Assembly (NCBI GenBank): GCA_963702895.1
Contig: OY969767.1
Coordinates: forward strand, 96,001-160,000
DNA: 64,000 bases
Origin: an uncultured Elusimicrobia bacterium
Lineage (GTDB): Bacteria > Elusimicrobiota > Elusimicrobia > 2-01-FULL-59-12
Direction of reading: 5' to 3'
Shown: positions 31,119 through 43,051 of the stretch, piece by piece
Layout: every line of letters begins with the position of its first letter
Position numbering within the stretch: position 1 is the stretch's first letter
Made by a program: the position numbers and the translations under genes
Notes under the pieces: model-generated
The model's input: only the letters and a program-made list of their open reading frames with translations
Databases searched by the model: none
What the model was told of the DNA's origin: nothing

Positions 31119-31996
31119 GATCTGCACTTGGTAAAGGTCTTGAGGCACTGATTTCAGAGGACACCGTCGCGGACGTCTCCGCCGCCAAAGCCAAGCCGTC
31201 GGGCGTCACCACCGTGGCGCTGGAGCTGATCTCGCCCAACAAGAAGCAACCACGACACTCGTTTTCTGATGAGACGCTCCAAGAACTTGCGGCGTCGATT
31301 AAGAAAAATGGAATTTTGCAGCCGCTGGTTGTCACCGAAAACGCAAGCGGTGGCTATGAGATTATCGCTGGCGAGCGAAGGTACCGCGCGGCGCACTTGG
31401 CCGGCCTCAAAGAAGTCCCCGTCGTGCTCCGCCAAGGGAGCGAACTCGAGCGCTTTGAAATGTCGCTTGTCGAAAATCTACAACGGGAAGATCTGAATCC
31501 CATGGACCTTGCTGAAGGCTTCAAGCGCCTTCAGGATGAGTTCGAGATGACGCAAGAAATGATCGCGCAAGCCGTCGGGAAAGCCCGTTCGGTGGTGGCC
31601 AATACGCTGCGCCTCTTAGACTTGTCGCTTCAGATCCAGAACGCGATACGGGCTGGACAAATCACGAGCGGCCATGCCAAAGCGTTGCTCGCCGTCGAGG
31701 ATGTCGCGGCGCGCGACGCGCTCTTCCAGGAGATTCTCTCCGAAGGCCTGACCGTCCGTCACGTCGAAAGCGCCGCGCGCGATCACAAACAGGGGATCAA
31801 AAGGGAACACCTGCGCGTGGCTGGCTACGAACAGAGATCTCCCGAGGTGCGCGCGCAGGAAGAAGCGCTGCAAGGGCACTTGGCGCGAAAAGTGGAAATC
31901 CATACCTCGAGCCCAACTTCTCACAAGGGCTGGATTAAGCTAGAATTTTACTCGCTCGATGATTTCGACGCGCTCTTCCAAAAACTCAAAAGCTAA
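31115..31996 (+). CDS. parB: Chromosome partitioning protein ParB (Spo0J)
   Basis: [27 protein letters not shown]. Confidence 0.95.
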   Translation: MRSALGKGLEALISEDTVADVSAAKAKPSGVTTVALELISPNKKQPRHSFSDETLQELAASIKKNGILQPLVVTENASGGYEIIAGERRYRAAHLAGLKEVPVVLRQGSELERFEMSLVENLQREDLNPMDLAEGFKRLQDEFEMTQEMIAQAVGKARSVVANTLRLLDLSLQIQNAIRAGQITSGHAKALLAVEDVAARDALFQEILSEGLTVRHVESAARDHKQGIKREHLRVAGYEQRSPEVRAQEEALQGHLARKVEIHTSSPTSHKGWIKLEFYSLDDFDALFQKLKS

Positions 31997-33017
31997 GCCT
32001 CGATCCCGGTCCTTCCAGAGAGCGGTCCTGTATTTTGGGGCCACGCTCTGTTGCGCTCTGTGGGCCCGAGCGGCCGTGGAGCCGGTCTATCTCTCGGAGC
32101 TCCCGAACATCAACGACTACTCCCTCTTTGCCAATGGCGGCTGGGATGGAAATTGGTATGTCGGTTACAACAACGCTTGGATCAAGAAACTTCCCGCGGC
32201 GCCCAAAGGAAATTTCGTGCGCGCCTATGTCGGCGCGAAGCTCGGTCGCGCCAAAGCGCTTCCTCCCATCGGGCGACCGCCAGAATTTAATCCCATCCCC
32301 GGGGAAATCTGGATGGCCGTCTCCTCCGAACCGATCTGGAAGGCAAATCAGCAGTTCAAACTGAGTACGACCTCCGATATTCCGCTCGAACCAAGTCTCG
32401 AATACGCCCTGGAGGAGGTGGGGGAGTCTCAGTGGTTTTGGGTCGAAGTGCCGCTCACGTCCATCAACTTTAAGGCAGACAATTACTTGGCGCTCTGGTC
32501 TCCCACACCTGCCTTTGTGGGCGTGTCCTCTTCTCCGGTCCTTGCGGCCGGGTGGGGGGGGAAGAATATTTCAGGGTGGCTCGCGGAAAATCTTAAAGGT
32601 GAGCCGCCTCGACGACCTGAAGCTTATATGTCCAAGGGACTCTCGTACTTTGCGCCAGCCATCGCCATCAAGCTGATACCGGCTGATCGTCCCCGCCAGC
32701 CTGAGGTGCGGCTCAGAGCCTGGAAGAACGGCTCGGAGCAACATCCCAAGCCGGTTGTCATGGTCTCGGTGGAGGGAGACTCCATTGAACGGGTCTGGAT
32801 CGAGCGCAATGATCCCATCCGCCGCGGAGACGTGATCCGCGGAAACTGGGTTCAGGTGGGGCGCTCCCTCTGGCGGGCCCCTTATATCTTTTCTGTCGAT
32901 CACCGAAAAATCCCGAGAGGGCGCCTGTTACTGAGGGCCTGCGCGACCACGATCTGGGAAGACCTCGGTTGCTCCAATCCCTTTGAAATTGAGGTGAGCG
33001 AAATCCTTGCGAAGTAA
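31959..33017 (+). CDS. Hypothetical, probably exported protein (start uncertain)
   Basis: 352-aa ORF co-oriented in the operon, with a signal-like segment. Confidence 0.6.
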   Translation: MISTRSSKNSKAKPRSRSFQRAVLYFGATLCCALWARAAVEPVYLSELPNINDYSLFANGGWDGNWYVGYNNAWIKKLPAAPKGNFVRAYVGAKLGRAKALPPIGRPPEFNPIPGEIWMAVSSEPIWKANQQFKLSTTSDIPLEPSLEYALEEVGESQWFWVEVPLTSINFKADNYLALWSPTPAFVGVSSSPVLAAGWGGKNISGWLAENLKGEPPRRPEAYMSKGLSYFAPAIAIKLIPADRPRQPEVRLRAWKNGSEQHPKPVVMVSVEGDSIERVWIERNDPIRRGDVIRGNWVQVGRSLWRAPYIFSVDHRKIPRGRLLLRACATTIWEDLGCSNPFEIEVSEILAK

Positions 33018-33309
33018 GCCTGTCCTCAAGGCGGTCCTGCTTCTTTTGTTACTGGCCGGAGCGGTGGCTTTGTCTGCCGCAGATCCAGTTTCCAAACCTA
33101 AAAAGAAAATGACCCTCCACGATCTGCTCAAGGCCACCGGAACAAGCTCGCGAAGAGCCACGACCGTTGCAGGCGTGCGCGGTCTTGACGAAATGAGTGG
33201 GGATATCGATACGCAGGCCAGAGATTATGAGGCTGTGGACCGGCTTGAAAAAATGAAGATCCAAGATCAAGAACTCAAAGATTTTCTCTTCGAGGGGCTT
33301 CTGAAATGA
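33007..33309 (+). CDS. Small exported hypothetical protein, coupled to the M48 peptidase
   Basis: Signal peptide; TTVAGVRGLD; overlaps the next start. Confidence 0.65.
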   Translation: MRSKPVLKAVLLLLLLAGAVALSAADPVSKPKKKMTLHDLLKATGTSSRRATTVAGVRGLDEMSGDIDTQARDYEAVDRLEKMKIQDQELKDFLFEGLLK

Positions 33310-34151
33310 GGAATCGACTTCTTTGGGGTGGCGTCCCGGCTGCTCTCTGTTGGGTGGCTTTTCAAGCGCAGGCCTATGATTTTGGAAATCTCGACATGTC
33401 TAAAGTGGTTTCTGGCGGCACCAAGCTCGCCAAAGCGGCGGGTGGCATTTCGGATGCGGAGGAAATGCGGCTTGGACGAGATGTCGCGGCGAACTTCGCC
33501 GCGCGCTACGGGTTTGTGGAGGATGAAGCAACGGTCCGTTATGTCAATTTGGTCGGGCAAGCGCTGGTGCGACACTGTGACCGAAAAAAGATCCCCTATC
33601 ACTTTGCCGTCCTTCGGGTTTCTGAGATCAACGCCATGGCGGCCCCGGGCGGTTACGTTTTTATCACCCAGGGGCTTTTAGACTCTCTCCAGGACGAGGC
33701 GGAGCTCGCTGGAGTGCTCTCTCACGAGATCAGCCATGTCACCCGGCAACACATTGTCAAAGCGATCCGCCAGGCCAATCTGATCGAAGGGACGGAGGAC
33801 CTTGCCTCCGCGACCGGGCATGACATGGACCGGTACGGCAGGATGAGCGATTTCTCGATTAATTTATTGAGCAAAGGGCTTTCGCGGGAGGACGAGCTCG
33901 AGGCCGATAAGCAAGGGACGTGGCTCGCTTCACGAACAGGCTACGATCCGCGAGGCCTCAAACGATCCGTCGAAACACTCGCCGCGAAGGAACAAGCGAA
34001 CTTCTTGCTGGCCCGATTCAACAAGACACATCCACCCGCGTCCGCGCGCCTGGAAGTGATGGATCGCGCTCTGAAGCAGAACAAAGGCCCCACCGGCAAC
34101 CGTCAGAACCCTGAACGTTTCGCCAAGTACACCAAAGGGGCAAAGGGATAG
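33306..34151 (+). CDS. M48 family zinc metalloprotease
   Basis: INAMAAPGG, HEISH, ELEAD, THP. Confidence 0.9.
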   Translation: MRNRLLWGGVPAALCWVAFQAQAYDFGNLDMSKVVSGGTKLAKAAGGISDAEEMRLGRDVAANFAARYGFVEDEATVRYVNLVGQALVRHCDRKKIPYHFAVLRVSEINAMAAPGGYVFITQGLLDSLQDEAELAGVLSHEISHVTRQHIVKAIRQANLIEGTEDLASATGHDMDRYGRMSDFSINLLSKGLSREDELEADKQGTWLASRTGYDPRGLKRSVETLAAKEQANFLLARFNKTHPPASARLEVMDRALKQNKGPTGNRQNPERFAKYTKGAKG

Positions 34152-34155
34152 ATGA

Positions 34156-35415
<1,260 letters not shown>

Positions 35416-35522
35416 AAGACCCCTATTGACAACACAGTTGCTCTCCCACCTGGCGGCGGGAGAGGGGACTAAAAAGTGCAGCCGGCTTAGACGGACAGAG
35501 CCGCTTTGCTGAAGATTCCGGG

Positions 35523-35864
35523 TTAGCCGATAGCTTCCGAGCCGGTTTCACCTGTGCGGATCCGGATGACGTCCTTTAAGTCCAGCACAAAGATCTTCCC
35601 GTCACCGATCACGCCCGTATGGCCGCCTTTTTGGATGGCCTCGATCGCGGGTTTCACGAATTCCTGGTTAACGGCGATCTCCAGTTTCACTTTTTTGAGG
35701 AGACTGCCGGCTTCTTTGTGGCTCCGATACACCTCGCTGATGCCCTTCTGGCGGCCGCGTCCCATCACCTGCGAGACGGTCACCAGATGAATCTCCGCAT
35801 CTTCGAGTTTCTTTAAAACATCGTCTAAACGGTCAGGCTGGATGATCGCGATGATATATTTCAT
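35523..35864 (-). CDS. glnK: P-II nitrogen regulatory protein
   Basis: GRGRQKG, KVKLEIAV, GDGKIFV, IRIRTGE; adjacent to amtB. Confidence 0.92.
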   Translation of the reverse strand: MKYIIAIIQPDRLDDVLKKLEDAEIHLVTVSQVMGRGRQKGISEVYRSHKEAGSLLKKVKLEIAVNQEFVKPAIEAIQKGGHTGVIGDGKIFVLDLKDVIRIRTGETGSEAIG

Positions 35865-35876
35865 GGTGTTCTCCTC

Positions 35877-37139
35877 TTAGTCCAGAAGGGTATAGCCGGA
35901 TTCCCGGTGCTGCGTCAGGTCAAGGCCAATGCGCTCAGATTGCTCTGAGACGCGCAGACCGACGAGGTAATCGACGGCCTTCAGCAGGATCCATGTCATC
36001 GCCAGGGAATACAGGGCGGTCGCGAGCACCGCCTTGAGTTGAATGAGCACGAGGCCGGGGTTGCCATAAAAGAGTCCGTCATTGCCGGCAGAGTTCACGG
36101 CTTTGGTCGCCCAAAAGCCCGTCGCAAGCGCGCCCCACATCCCTCCAACGCCATGTACGCCAAAGGCGTCCAATGAGTCGTCATAGCCGAATTTGGATTT
36201 GACGACCGCGATGGAGACATAACAGATCGCGGAAACACCGATGCCGATGCCCAGCGCTCCCCAGATGTTCACAAAACCCGCGGCAGGCGTGATCGCGACA
36301 AGGCCCGCCACGATACCTGTAATCATGCCGAGCATCGTGGGATGCTTGTTGAAGATCCAGTCGAGGATTGCCCAGGTGAGTCCCGCCACGGCAGCGGCCG
36401 TGTGCGTGACCACAAAGGCGTTCGTCGCCAGGCCGCCTGAGGAGAGCGCGCTCCCCGCGTTAAAGCCAAACCATCCGAACCATAAGATTCCCGCGCCCAG
36501 GACCGCAAACGGCAGGTTATGAGGCGGAGACATGTGCGTCGGATAGCCCTGTCGCTTACCCAGAACAAGGGCCGTGACGAGGGCCGCGACCCCGGCATTG
36601 ACATGCACGACAGTGCCGCCCGCAAAGTCGAGGGCCCCGGAGTTGCGCAGGAATCCTCCCACGCCCCACACCCAGTGCGCGACCGGGTCATACACCAGGG
36701 TTGACCAGAGCAGCGTGAACAGGCAGTAAGCGCTGAATTTCATGCGCTCGGCGAAAGCGCCCAGGATCAAAGCCGGCGTGATGATAGCGAACATGGCTTG
36801 GTAGATCATGAAGGCTTGGTGGGGGATGGTCCCCGCGTAGTCGACATTCGGTTCCAGGCCGACATTCCGAAGACCTGCCCAGGCGAGCGTCCCAATCCAG
36901 CCGCCATGGTCGGGCCCAAACGAGAGGCTATAGCCCAACAAGACCCACTGCACCGACACGAGGCAGGCGGCCATCATGCACTGCATGAGGATCGATAGGA
37001 TGTTTTTCTTGCGTACAAGGCCGCCGTAGAAAAAGGCAAGGCCTGGCGTCATGAGAAAGACCAAGGCGGCACTCACCAAAATCCAGGCTGTGTCGCCGGC
37101 ATTCACCGTGATGTTCATCATGGGTTCAATTCCTTTCAT
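35877..37139 (-). CDS. amtB: Ammonium transporter
   Basis: DFAGGTVVH, WFGWFGFNAGS, DDSLDAFGVHG. Confidence 0.96.
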   Translation of the reverse strand: MKGIEPMMNITVNAGDTAWILVSAALVFLMTPGLAFFYGGLVRKKNILSILMQCMMAACLVSVQWVLLGYSLSFGPDHGGWIGTLAWAGLRNVGLEPNVDYAGTIPHQAFMIYQAMFAIITPALILGAFAERMKFSAYCLFTLLWSTLVYDPVAHWVWGVGGFLRNSGALDFAGGTVVHVNAGVAALVTALVLGKRQGYPTHMSPPHNLPFAVLGAGILWFGWFGFNAGSALSSGGLATNAFVVTHTAAAVAGLTWAILDWIFNKHPTMLGMITGIVAGLVAITPAAGFVNIWGALGIGIGVSAICYVSIAVVKSKFGYDDSLDAFGVHGVGGMWGALATGFWATKAVNSAGNDGLFYGNPGLVLIQLKAVLATALYSLAMTWILLKAVDYLVGLRVSEQSERIGLDLTQHRESGYTLLD

Positions 37140-37340
37140 AGCAGAAGTGTTGTGATGCGTTGAATATGGCAGCTGTTATTGGATGGACGCCTTCGTCCTC
37201 CCCATCTGAGGCGATGGGGGCCCAGCTCCAAGCGCATATCACGCTTGCCGGCACTTCGGTGTGCGCGCGTTCAAGTTATGTCAAATCGTCCTAAAGGATG
37301 TCAAATGGCGGCTTGGAATTTTGAACTTATCCGCAAACCT

Positions 37341-37486
37341 CCTTCTCCCGTCCGTAGGATGGGAGAAGGCTGGGATGAGGGTACGTGATCCAAGAAAGAT
37401 CGCCCCTCACCCCCCGCCTCGCCAGAAGTCCGGCGAGTCGCCGGCAGTCTTGGCGACCTCTCCCATGCTTCGCACGGGAGAGGGGG
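37341..37486. repeat. Family A palindromic repeat downstream of hypE, with nested insert
   Basis: CCTTCTCCC..GGGAGAAGG..GATGAGGG..CCCTCACCC..CCTCTCCC..GGGAGAGG. Confidence 0.8.
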
Positions 37487-37503
37487 GTTGTTTGGATAAC
37501 TTC

Positions 37504-38547
37504 CTAACAGATGCGGGGGAGAGGCTCGCCGCTGAGCATGTCCAGGATCCTGGTCGGTCCCAGGCTGGTCCGGAGCGTGACGCGACCCTGCCCAGAGACG
37601 CTTTCCGCCACACGGCCGATGAGAGCGGGCCGCGTGTCACCGGGGTGCTTGGCGAGCACCTTGAGCGCACGCTCGGTATCTTTGGAAGCGACAAAAGCGC
37701 AAAAGCGGCCTTCGTTGGCGACATAAAACGGATCAATTCCCAGAATCTCGCAAGCGCCGCGCACGTCTTCCCGCAGTGGAATATCGGATTCCACCAACTG
37801 AATTTCCATATGGGCGTCACCGGCAATCTCGTTGAGCGCGCTGCTCAGGCCCCCGCGGGTCAAATCGCGCAGGCAATGGACCTCCACCCCGGCGGCCAAA
37901 AGGGCTTCGACCGGTTTCCAGAGCGGCGCGCAGTCGCTCTTGATCTGGCTTTCGAACGCCAGGCCTTCCCGGACCGCCATGATCGCCATGCCATGGCGCC
38001 CCAGATCGCCGTTCACAAGAACCCCGTCGCCGGGGCGGATGCGCGAGGGGAGAATCGGGGACTTTGGATCGAGCACGAGCCCAATTCCAGCCGTGTTGAT
38101 GTAGAGCCCATCGCCTTTGCCGCGGTTGACCACTTTGGTGTCGCCGGTCACGAGCCTGACCCCGGCCTCTTCCGCCGCTTGCTTCATGGACTGGATCACC
38201 TTCCAGAGCGTGTCCATGTCGAGGCCCTCTTCCAGAATGAACCCGCAGGAGAGATACAAAGGCCTGGCCCCGCACATGGCCAGGTCGTTGACCGTTCCGT
38301 TGACCGCCAGCGTCCCGATATCGCCACCCGGGAAAAAGAGCGGGCTTACGACAAACGAATCGGTGGTAAAGGCCAGGCTCTCCTTACCAAAGGTCAAAAC
38401 GGCCCCATCGTGGAGTTTCTTGAGGGTACCGGTTTGGAAGGCCGGGACAATCATCTTGTCGATGAGCTGCCGCATGAGCGTCCCGCCGCCGCCGTGGGCC
38501 AGGAGCACCTTGGGATAATTTTGAATGGGCAAAGGGCATTGGATCAT
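37504..38547 (-). CDS. hypE: Hydrogenase maturation protein HypE
   Basis: [21 protein letters not shown]-terminal PRIC. Confidence 0.96.
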   Translation of the reverse strand: MIQCPLPIQNYPKVLLAHGGGGTLMRQLIDKMIVPAFQTGTLKKLHDGAVLTFGKESLAFTTDSFVVSPLFFPGGDIGTLAVNGTVNDLAMCGARPLYLSCGFILEEGLDMDTLWKVIQSMKQAAEEAGVRLVTGDTKVVNRGKGDGLYINTAGIGLVLDPKSPILPSRIRPGDGVLVNGDLGRHGMAIMAVREGLAFESQIKSDCAPLWKPVEALLAAGVEVHCLRDLTRGGLSSALNEIAGDAHMEIQLVESDIPLREDVRGACEILGIDPFYVANEGRFCAFVASKDTERALKVLAKHPGDTRPALIGRVAESVSGQGRVTLRTSLGPTRILDMLSGEPLPRIC

Positions 38548-38596
38548 GACTAACTCCTCACGTGTGCTACTAGGGACTGTGTATGTACTACTTGTC

Positions 38597-38679
38597 GTCA
38601 CCCCGGCGGATTGTTAGCCGGGGTCTATCATCGACGTGAAAGAAATGATGGATCCCGGCTAACGACATGCCGGGATGAC
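38597..38679. repeat. Family B palindromic repeat between hypD and hypE
   Basis: GTCACCCCGGC..GCCGGGGTC..GATCCCGGC..GCCGGGATGAC. Confidence 0.85.
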
Positions 38680-38697
38680 GTCGACAATAGACTAACT

Positions 38698-39807
38698 TCA
38701 TACTCCCGCGACTTTCTGGGGCCCATGGCGCCGGTATCGGTAATAGGCCGCGCAGGCGCCTTCGGACGAGACCATCGTGGCCCCGAGGGGTTTGTCCGGC
38801 GTGCAGCGCGTTCCGAAGGCAGGGCATTCTGCCGGTTTCTTGAGACCCTGCAGCACAAGACCGCTAATACATTCGGGGGATTCCTCGGCCGTCACGCTCT
38901 GCACGGCAAAGCGCTCCTCGGCGTCATACGAGCGATAGGCTTCCGTCAGCCCGAGGCCGCTTTGGGGAATCTCGCCGATGCCGCGCCACTTGCGGGGGAC
39001 GATCCGGAAGACCTCGCGGAGCACCTGCAGCGCCTTTTCGTTTCCTTCGCGCCGGACCGCTCGGCTGTACTGATTTTCGACCTCGGCGCGCCCCTCTTCC
39101 AATTGTTGGACGCACATCAGGACGCCTTGAAGGATATCCATCGGCTCAAATCCCGTGACGACGATGGGGACGTGATACTTCTTCGCCAGCGGCTCATACT
39201 CCGTATAACCCATGATCGTGCAGACGTGGCCCGCGGCCAGGAACCCCTGCACGCGGTTGTTGGGGGACGAAAGAATAGCCTCCATCGCGGGCGGCACGAT
39301 GACGTGGGAAACCAGAACGGAAAAATTGCGAATCCCTTCGCGCTTCGCCTGAAGCACCGCCATGGCATTGGCCGGCGCCGTGGTTTCAAAACCCACCGCG
39401 AAGAACACGACCTCCCGGTCCGGGTGCTGCCTGGCCAGAGCCAGCGCGTCGAGCGGCGAATAGACGATCCTCACGTCGCCCCCGGCCGCCGAAACAGAGA
39501 AAAGATCCGATTGCGATCCCGGCACGCGCAGCATGTCTCCATAGGAACAGAAGATGACCTTCGGCTTGGAGGCGATGGCGATGGCTTTGTCGATCAGCTC
39601 CAAGGAGGTCACACAGACAGGACATCCGGGTCCGTGAACGAGCGAGAGCGTCTTGGGCAGGAGTTCATCGATGCCGAACTTGACGATGGCGTGCGTCTGT
39701 CCCCCGCAGATTTCCATGAGCGTCCAGGGCCGCTTCGCGACGCGCTGGATTTCACGCGCCAGGAGCCGGGCGCCGGCGGCGTCACGGTATTCGTCGAGAT
39801 ATTTCAT
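38698..39807 (-). CDS. hypD: Hydrogenase maturation protein HypD
   Basis: [33 protein letters not shown]. Confidence 0.96.
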   Translation of the reverse strand: MKYLDEYRDAAGARLLAREIQRVAKRPWTLMEICGGQTHAIVKFGIDELLPKTLSLVHGPGCPVCVTSLELIDKAIAIASKPKVIFCSYGDMLRVPGSQSDLFSVSAAGGDVRIVYSPLDALALARQHPDREVVFFAVGFETTAPANAMAVLQAKREGIRNFSVLVSHVIVPPAMEAILSSPNNRVQGFLAAGHVCTIMGYTEYEPLAKKYHVPIVVTGFEPMDILQGVLMCVQQLEEGRAEVENQYSRAVRREGNEKALQVLREVFRIVPRKWRGIGEIPQSGLGLTEAYRSYDAEERFAVQSVTAEESPECISGLVLQGLKKPAECPAFGTRCTPDKPLGATMVSSEGACAAYYRYRRHGPQKVAGV

Positions 39808-40058
39808 GAGCCTCCTGCTTCGAGCTCGCGCAGCTCTTCCATCTGCCTTAAATACTCAAAAACCTGGGCGGCTTCCTTTTCATCCACCGTGCTGATCGCG
39901 AACCCCACATGGACAATGACGTAATCGCCGAGCTTCGCCTGGGGCGCGTAGGCGAGGTTCACGTCCTTGACGATTCCGCCAAAGCTGACGCGCGCCTGGC
40001 GCGTCAGGGGATCATCGCCGTCAATACTGAGGATCTTTCCGGGGATGCCGAGGCACAT
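39804..40058 (-). CDS. hypC: Hydrogenase chaperone HypC
   Basis: MCLGIPG, VHVGFAI. Confidence 0.96.
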   Translation of the reverse strand: MCLGIPGKILSIDGDDPLTRQARVSFGGIVKDVNLAYAPQAKLGDYVIVHVGFAISTVDEKEAAQVFEYLRQMEELRELEAGGS

Positions 40059-42367
40059 CAGTCTCTCCTTTTCTCACGCAGGGCCGCCATCACCTGGCCC
40101 AGGGAAATCCCGCCATCGTTGGGCGGTATCCGCTGGTGCCAGTAGGGCTGAAAATTCTCGTCCTGGAGCCGCGTGACGGCGCGTTCGGTCAAAAGGCGGT
40201 TTTGAAAACAACCGCCGCTCAGCGCCACTCTCGGTTCACCGCAGCGCCGGGCAACCGCCACGATCGCTTCCACGAGTGTATGATGAAATTGCCCCGCAAT
40301 GCGAGCCGCCGGGACCCCCGCACGAAGTTCATCTAAAATCGTCCGGACCATCGGCTCCCAATCCACGATGAGCCCGTCGCCAGGCGCCTCCCTCACTTCA
40401 AAGGGATAGACCCCCTGGGCCTCCGAGTTGGCAGCGGCAAACTCAAGCGCCATGGCCGCCTGAGCTTCAAACCGGTTTTCCTGCGCGAGGTTTAAGAGCG
40501 ACGCGATTGCGTCAAAGAGCCGCCCGGCGCTGGAGGTCCGGGGACTGTTGATGTTCTGCTTGAGCATCGTCCGCAGGATGGCCTTTTCATGCTCAGAAAT
40601 CGAGCGGAAAGGCGCAAGATCCATCCGGCTGAACACATGGTCACCGTCCATTTCATAGAGCAGTCCTATCGCGGAACGAGCTGTTTTTTCAATCGCTTTT
40701 TCACCGCCAGGGAGGGGGAATTCGCGGAAATGAGCGAAACGCTCAAATCCCTGTTCCTTTATAAGGAGAAATTCGCCGCCCCAAATCCCCTGATCGAGCC
40801 CGCATCCTGTTCCATCCCAGGCAATCCCAAGGGCGGGCGCTTCCACCTCGTTTTCCGCCATGCAGGACAGGACATGAGCATAGTGATGCTGGACATGAAC
40901 CACCGGCAGCCCGGAGGATTCGGCGTAACTCGTGGAAAGGTAATCGGGGTGCAGATCACAGGCCACCGCTTCCGGGACCACCTCATAGAGGGCCTTCAAA
41001 TCCCGGATGGCTTTTTCGAACGCGTCATAGGCGGCTGTTGTCTGCAGATCGCCAAGATGAGGGCTCAAAACCACCGAAGCGCCGGCGGTCACGGCGACCG
41101 TGTTCTTCAAATGAGCCCCGACGGCCAGCAGCGGGCGTGCGTTCACCCGAAGCGGCACCGGAAGGGGGGCATAGCCGCGCGCGCGGCGGAGGATGCTTTC
41201 GCGCTCCAACAGAACACGCGCCACCGAATCGTCCACATAACGCTGGATCGGACGGTTGTTGACGAGAAACAGATCGGCGATGCCGCCCAGACGCTCGAGA
41301 GCTTCCGGCGGCGAGATGCAGATCGGTTCTTCAGAGACATTGCCGCTCGTCGCGACGACCGTGAACTGAAGCTCGGCCATCAAGAGATGGTGGAGGGGGG
41401 AATACGGAAGCATGACGCCCAAACAGGGATTGCGGGGGGCCGCGTGGCTGGCGATATCGATCCCGGGGTGGGCGTCCAACAACACAATCGGCGCCTCCGG
41501 CGACAGAAGAAGCTGCTCCTCCAGCGAGGATATCGCGCATAAGGAGCGCGCCTCCTCCAGCGATGGGCACATGACGGCAAAAGGTTTTTCATCGCGGCGC
41601 TTGCGTCGCCGGAGTTCCTGGACCGCGCCGGGGTTTCGCGCGTCCACCAGCAGCTGAAATCCGCCGATCCCCTGGAGCGCGATGATCTTCCCGGTCCGAA
41701 GAGCCTCGGCGGCCGCCAAAAGGGCATCGTGTTCCCGCGCCAACACCCGGCCCTCCCGGTTCCAGGCGGCCAGACGAGGGCCACAGGAGGGGCAGGCATT
41801 AGGCTGCGCGTGAAACCGGCGATCCTGGGGGGTGTCGTACTCCTCCTGGCATGGTCGGCACATCACGAATGTCTTCATCGTTGTGCGCGACCGGTCGTAC
41901 GGCAGGGATTCAAGAATCGAATAACGCGGACCGCAGTGGGTGCAGTTGATAAACGGGTACCGGAATCGGCGGTTCTTCGGATCCAACAGCTCTGTCAAGC
42001 AGTCTGAGCAGGTGGCGATGTCCGGCAGCGCCCAGGCGGTCTTGTGACCCTCCGGTTCGCTTTCCCGGATTTCAAAGCGCCGATAGCCTTGGGGGTCCAG
42101 ATAAACCGATTCCGTTCCCTGGACGTGTGCCCGGGGAGGCTTTTCGGCGAGCAGGCGCTCGCGAAAGAGCTGGAGCGCCTGGAGGGGGCCTTCCACTTCC
42201 AGGCGAACGCCGTCCGCTCCGTTGGAGACCCACCCGCAGAGGTTCAGTTCCTGGGCCAATCGATAGACAAAAGGGCGAAAACCCACGCCCTGCACGGCCC
42301 CGCGGACCTGGAGACGAAGCCGCTGCTCGTCATGCTGGCCGGACTTGGATGAAGCGCTTGGAATCAT
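40058..42367 (-). CDS. hypF: Carbamoyltransferase HypF
   Basis: GAVQGVGFRP, zinc fingers, QHHYAH, PPNDGGISLGQ. Confidence 0.96.
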   Translation of the reverse strand: MIPSASSKSGQHDEQRLRLQVRGAVQGVGFRPFVYRLAQELNLCGWVSNGADGVRLEVEGPLQALQLFRERLLAEKPPRAHVQGTESVYLDPQGYRRFEIRESEPEGHKTAWALPDIATCSDCLTELLDPKNRRFRYPFINCTHCGPRYSILESLPYDRSRTTMKTFVMCRPCQEEYDTPQDRRFHAQPNACPSCGPRLAAWNREGRVLAREHDALLAAAEALRTGKIIALQGIGGFQLLVDARNPGAVQELRRRKRRDEKPFAVMCPSLEEARSLCAISSLEEQLLLSPEAPIVLLDAHPGIDIASHAAPRNPCLGVMLPYSPLHHLLMAELQFTVVATSGNVSEEPICISPPEALERLGGIADLFLVNNRPIQRYVDDSVARVLLERESILRRARGYAPLPVPLRVNARPLLAVGAHLKNTVAVTAGASVVLSPHLGDLQTTAAYDAFEKAIRDLKALYEVVPEAVACDLHPDYLSTSYAESSGLPVVHVQHHYAHVLSCMAENEVEAPALGIAWDGTGCGLDQGIWGGEFLLIKEQGFERFAHFREFPLPGGEKAIEKTARSAIGLLYEMDGDHVFSRMDLAPFRSISEHEKAILRTMLKQNINSPRTSSAGRLFDAIASLLNLAQENRFEAQAAMALEFAAANSEAQGVYPFEVREAPGDGLIVDWEPMVRTILDELRAGVPAARIAGQFHHTLVEAIVAVARRCGEPRVALSGGCFQNRLLTERAVTRLQDENFQPYWHQRIPPNDGGISLGQVMAALREKRRD

Positions 42368-42485
42368 GGCCTTGTCTCAACAAATGAAAGTCAGTACTTA
42401 GGATATCAGACACACGGCTGATTTCTGATATCATGATGAAGCTTCTTGGCAACAACCCCAGCGGCTCATGGTGGAGCCGCTTTCC

Positions 42486-42509
42486 AATTTATGATGTGCA
42501 TCATAAATT
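42486..42509. promoter_or_regulatory. Palindromic operator candidate in the divergent hyp/hox promoter
   Basis: AATTTATGATG-TG-CATCATAAATT, perfect 11-bp arms. Confidence 0.6.
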
Positions 42510-42553
42510 AAAATCGTAGGCCTCTGGTACGATCCGGCAAAAGGAGAGTCAGG

Positions 42554-43051
42554 ATGGTTTCATTTTTAACAAAGCCCGCGGCACCCAGCCAGGACGTTCG
42601 CTGGAAGCTCGTTGAGGCCACGATGCGGCGTCATGGGAACCAGTCGGACGCCCTCATCGAGACCCTCCATGCGGTTCAAGAATCGTTTGGCTATCTTGAT
42701 GAGGTGTCGCTCAAGTTTGCGGCCGAGAGCCTGCATGTCCCGTTGAGCCGCGTCTATGGCGTGGCGACCTTTTACCACCTTTTTACCATGCGCCCTCCCG
42801 GCAAACACACCTGCGTGGTGTGCCTGGGGACGGCCTGTTATATTCGCGGCGCTCAGGCCATCATCGATCGCGTTGGCCAAGCCTATCAGGTCAAGCCTGG
42901 AGAAACCACGGATGATAAAGCGCTCTCCTTTTTAACGGCCCGCTGTCTTGGCTCCTGCGGGCTGGCCCCCGCCGTTGTGTTTGACGGGGCTGTGGCCGGC
43001 AAGCTCACGCCCGAAAGCGTCCAAGAACGCGTCCAAAAGATGATCTCATGA
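42554..43051 (+). CDS. hoxE: Bidirectional hydrogenase diaphorase subunit HoxE
   Basis: [23 protein letters not shown] (NuoE-like). Confidence 0.92.
   Translation: MVSFLTKPAAPSQDVRWKLVEATMRRHGNQSDALIETLHAVQESFGYLDEVSLKFAAESLHVPLSRVYGVATFYHLFTMRPPGKHTCVVCLGTACYIRGAQAIIDRVGQAYQVKPGETTDDKALSFLTARCLGSCGLAPAVVFDGAVAGKLTPESVQERVQKMIS

Noticed and set aside
37261..39924. 430- and 437-aa plus-strand ORFs
   Set aside because: Antisense to hypE and hypD.
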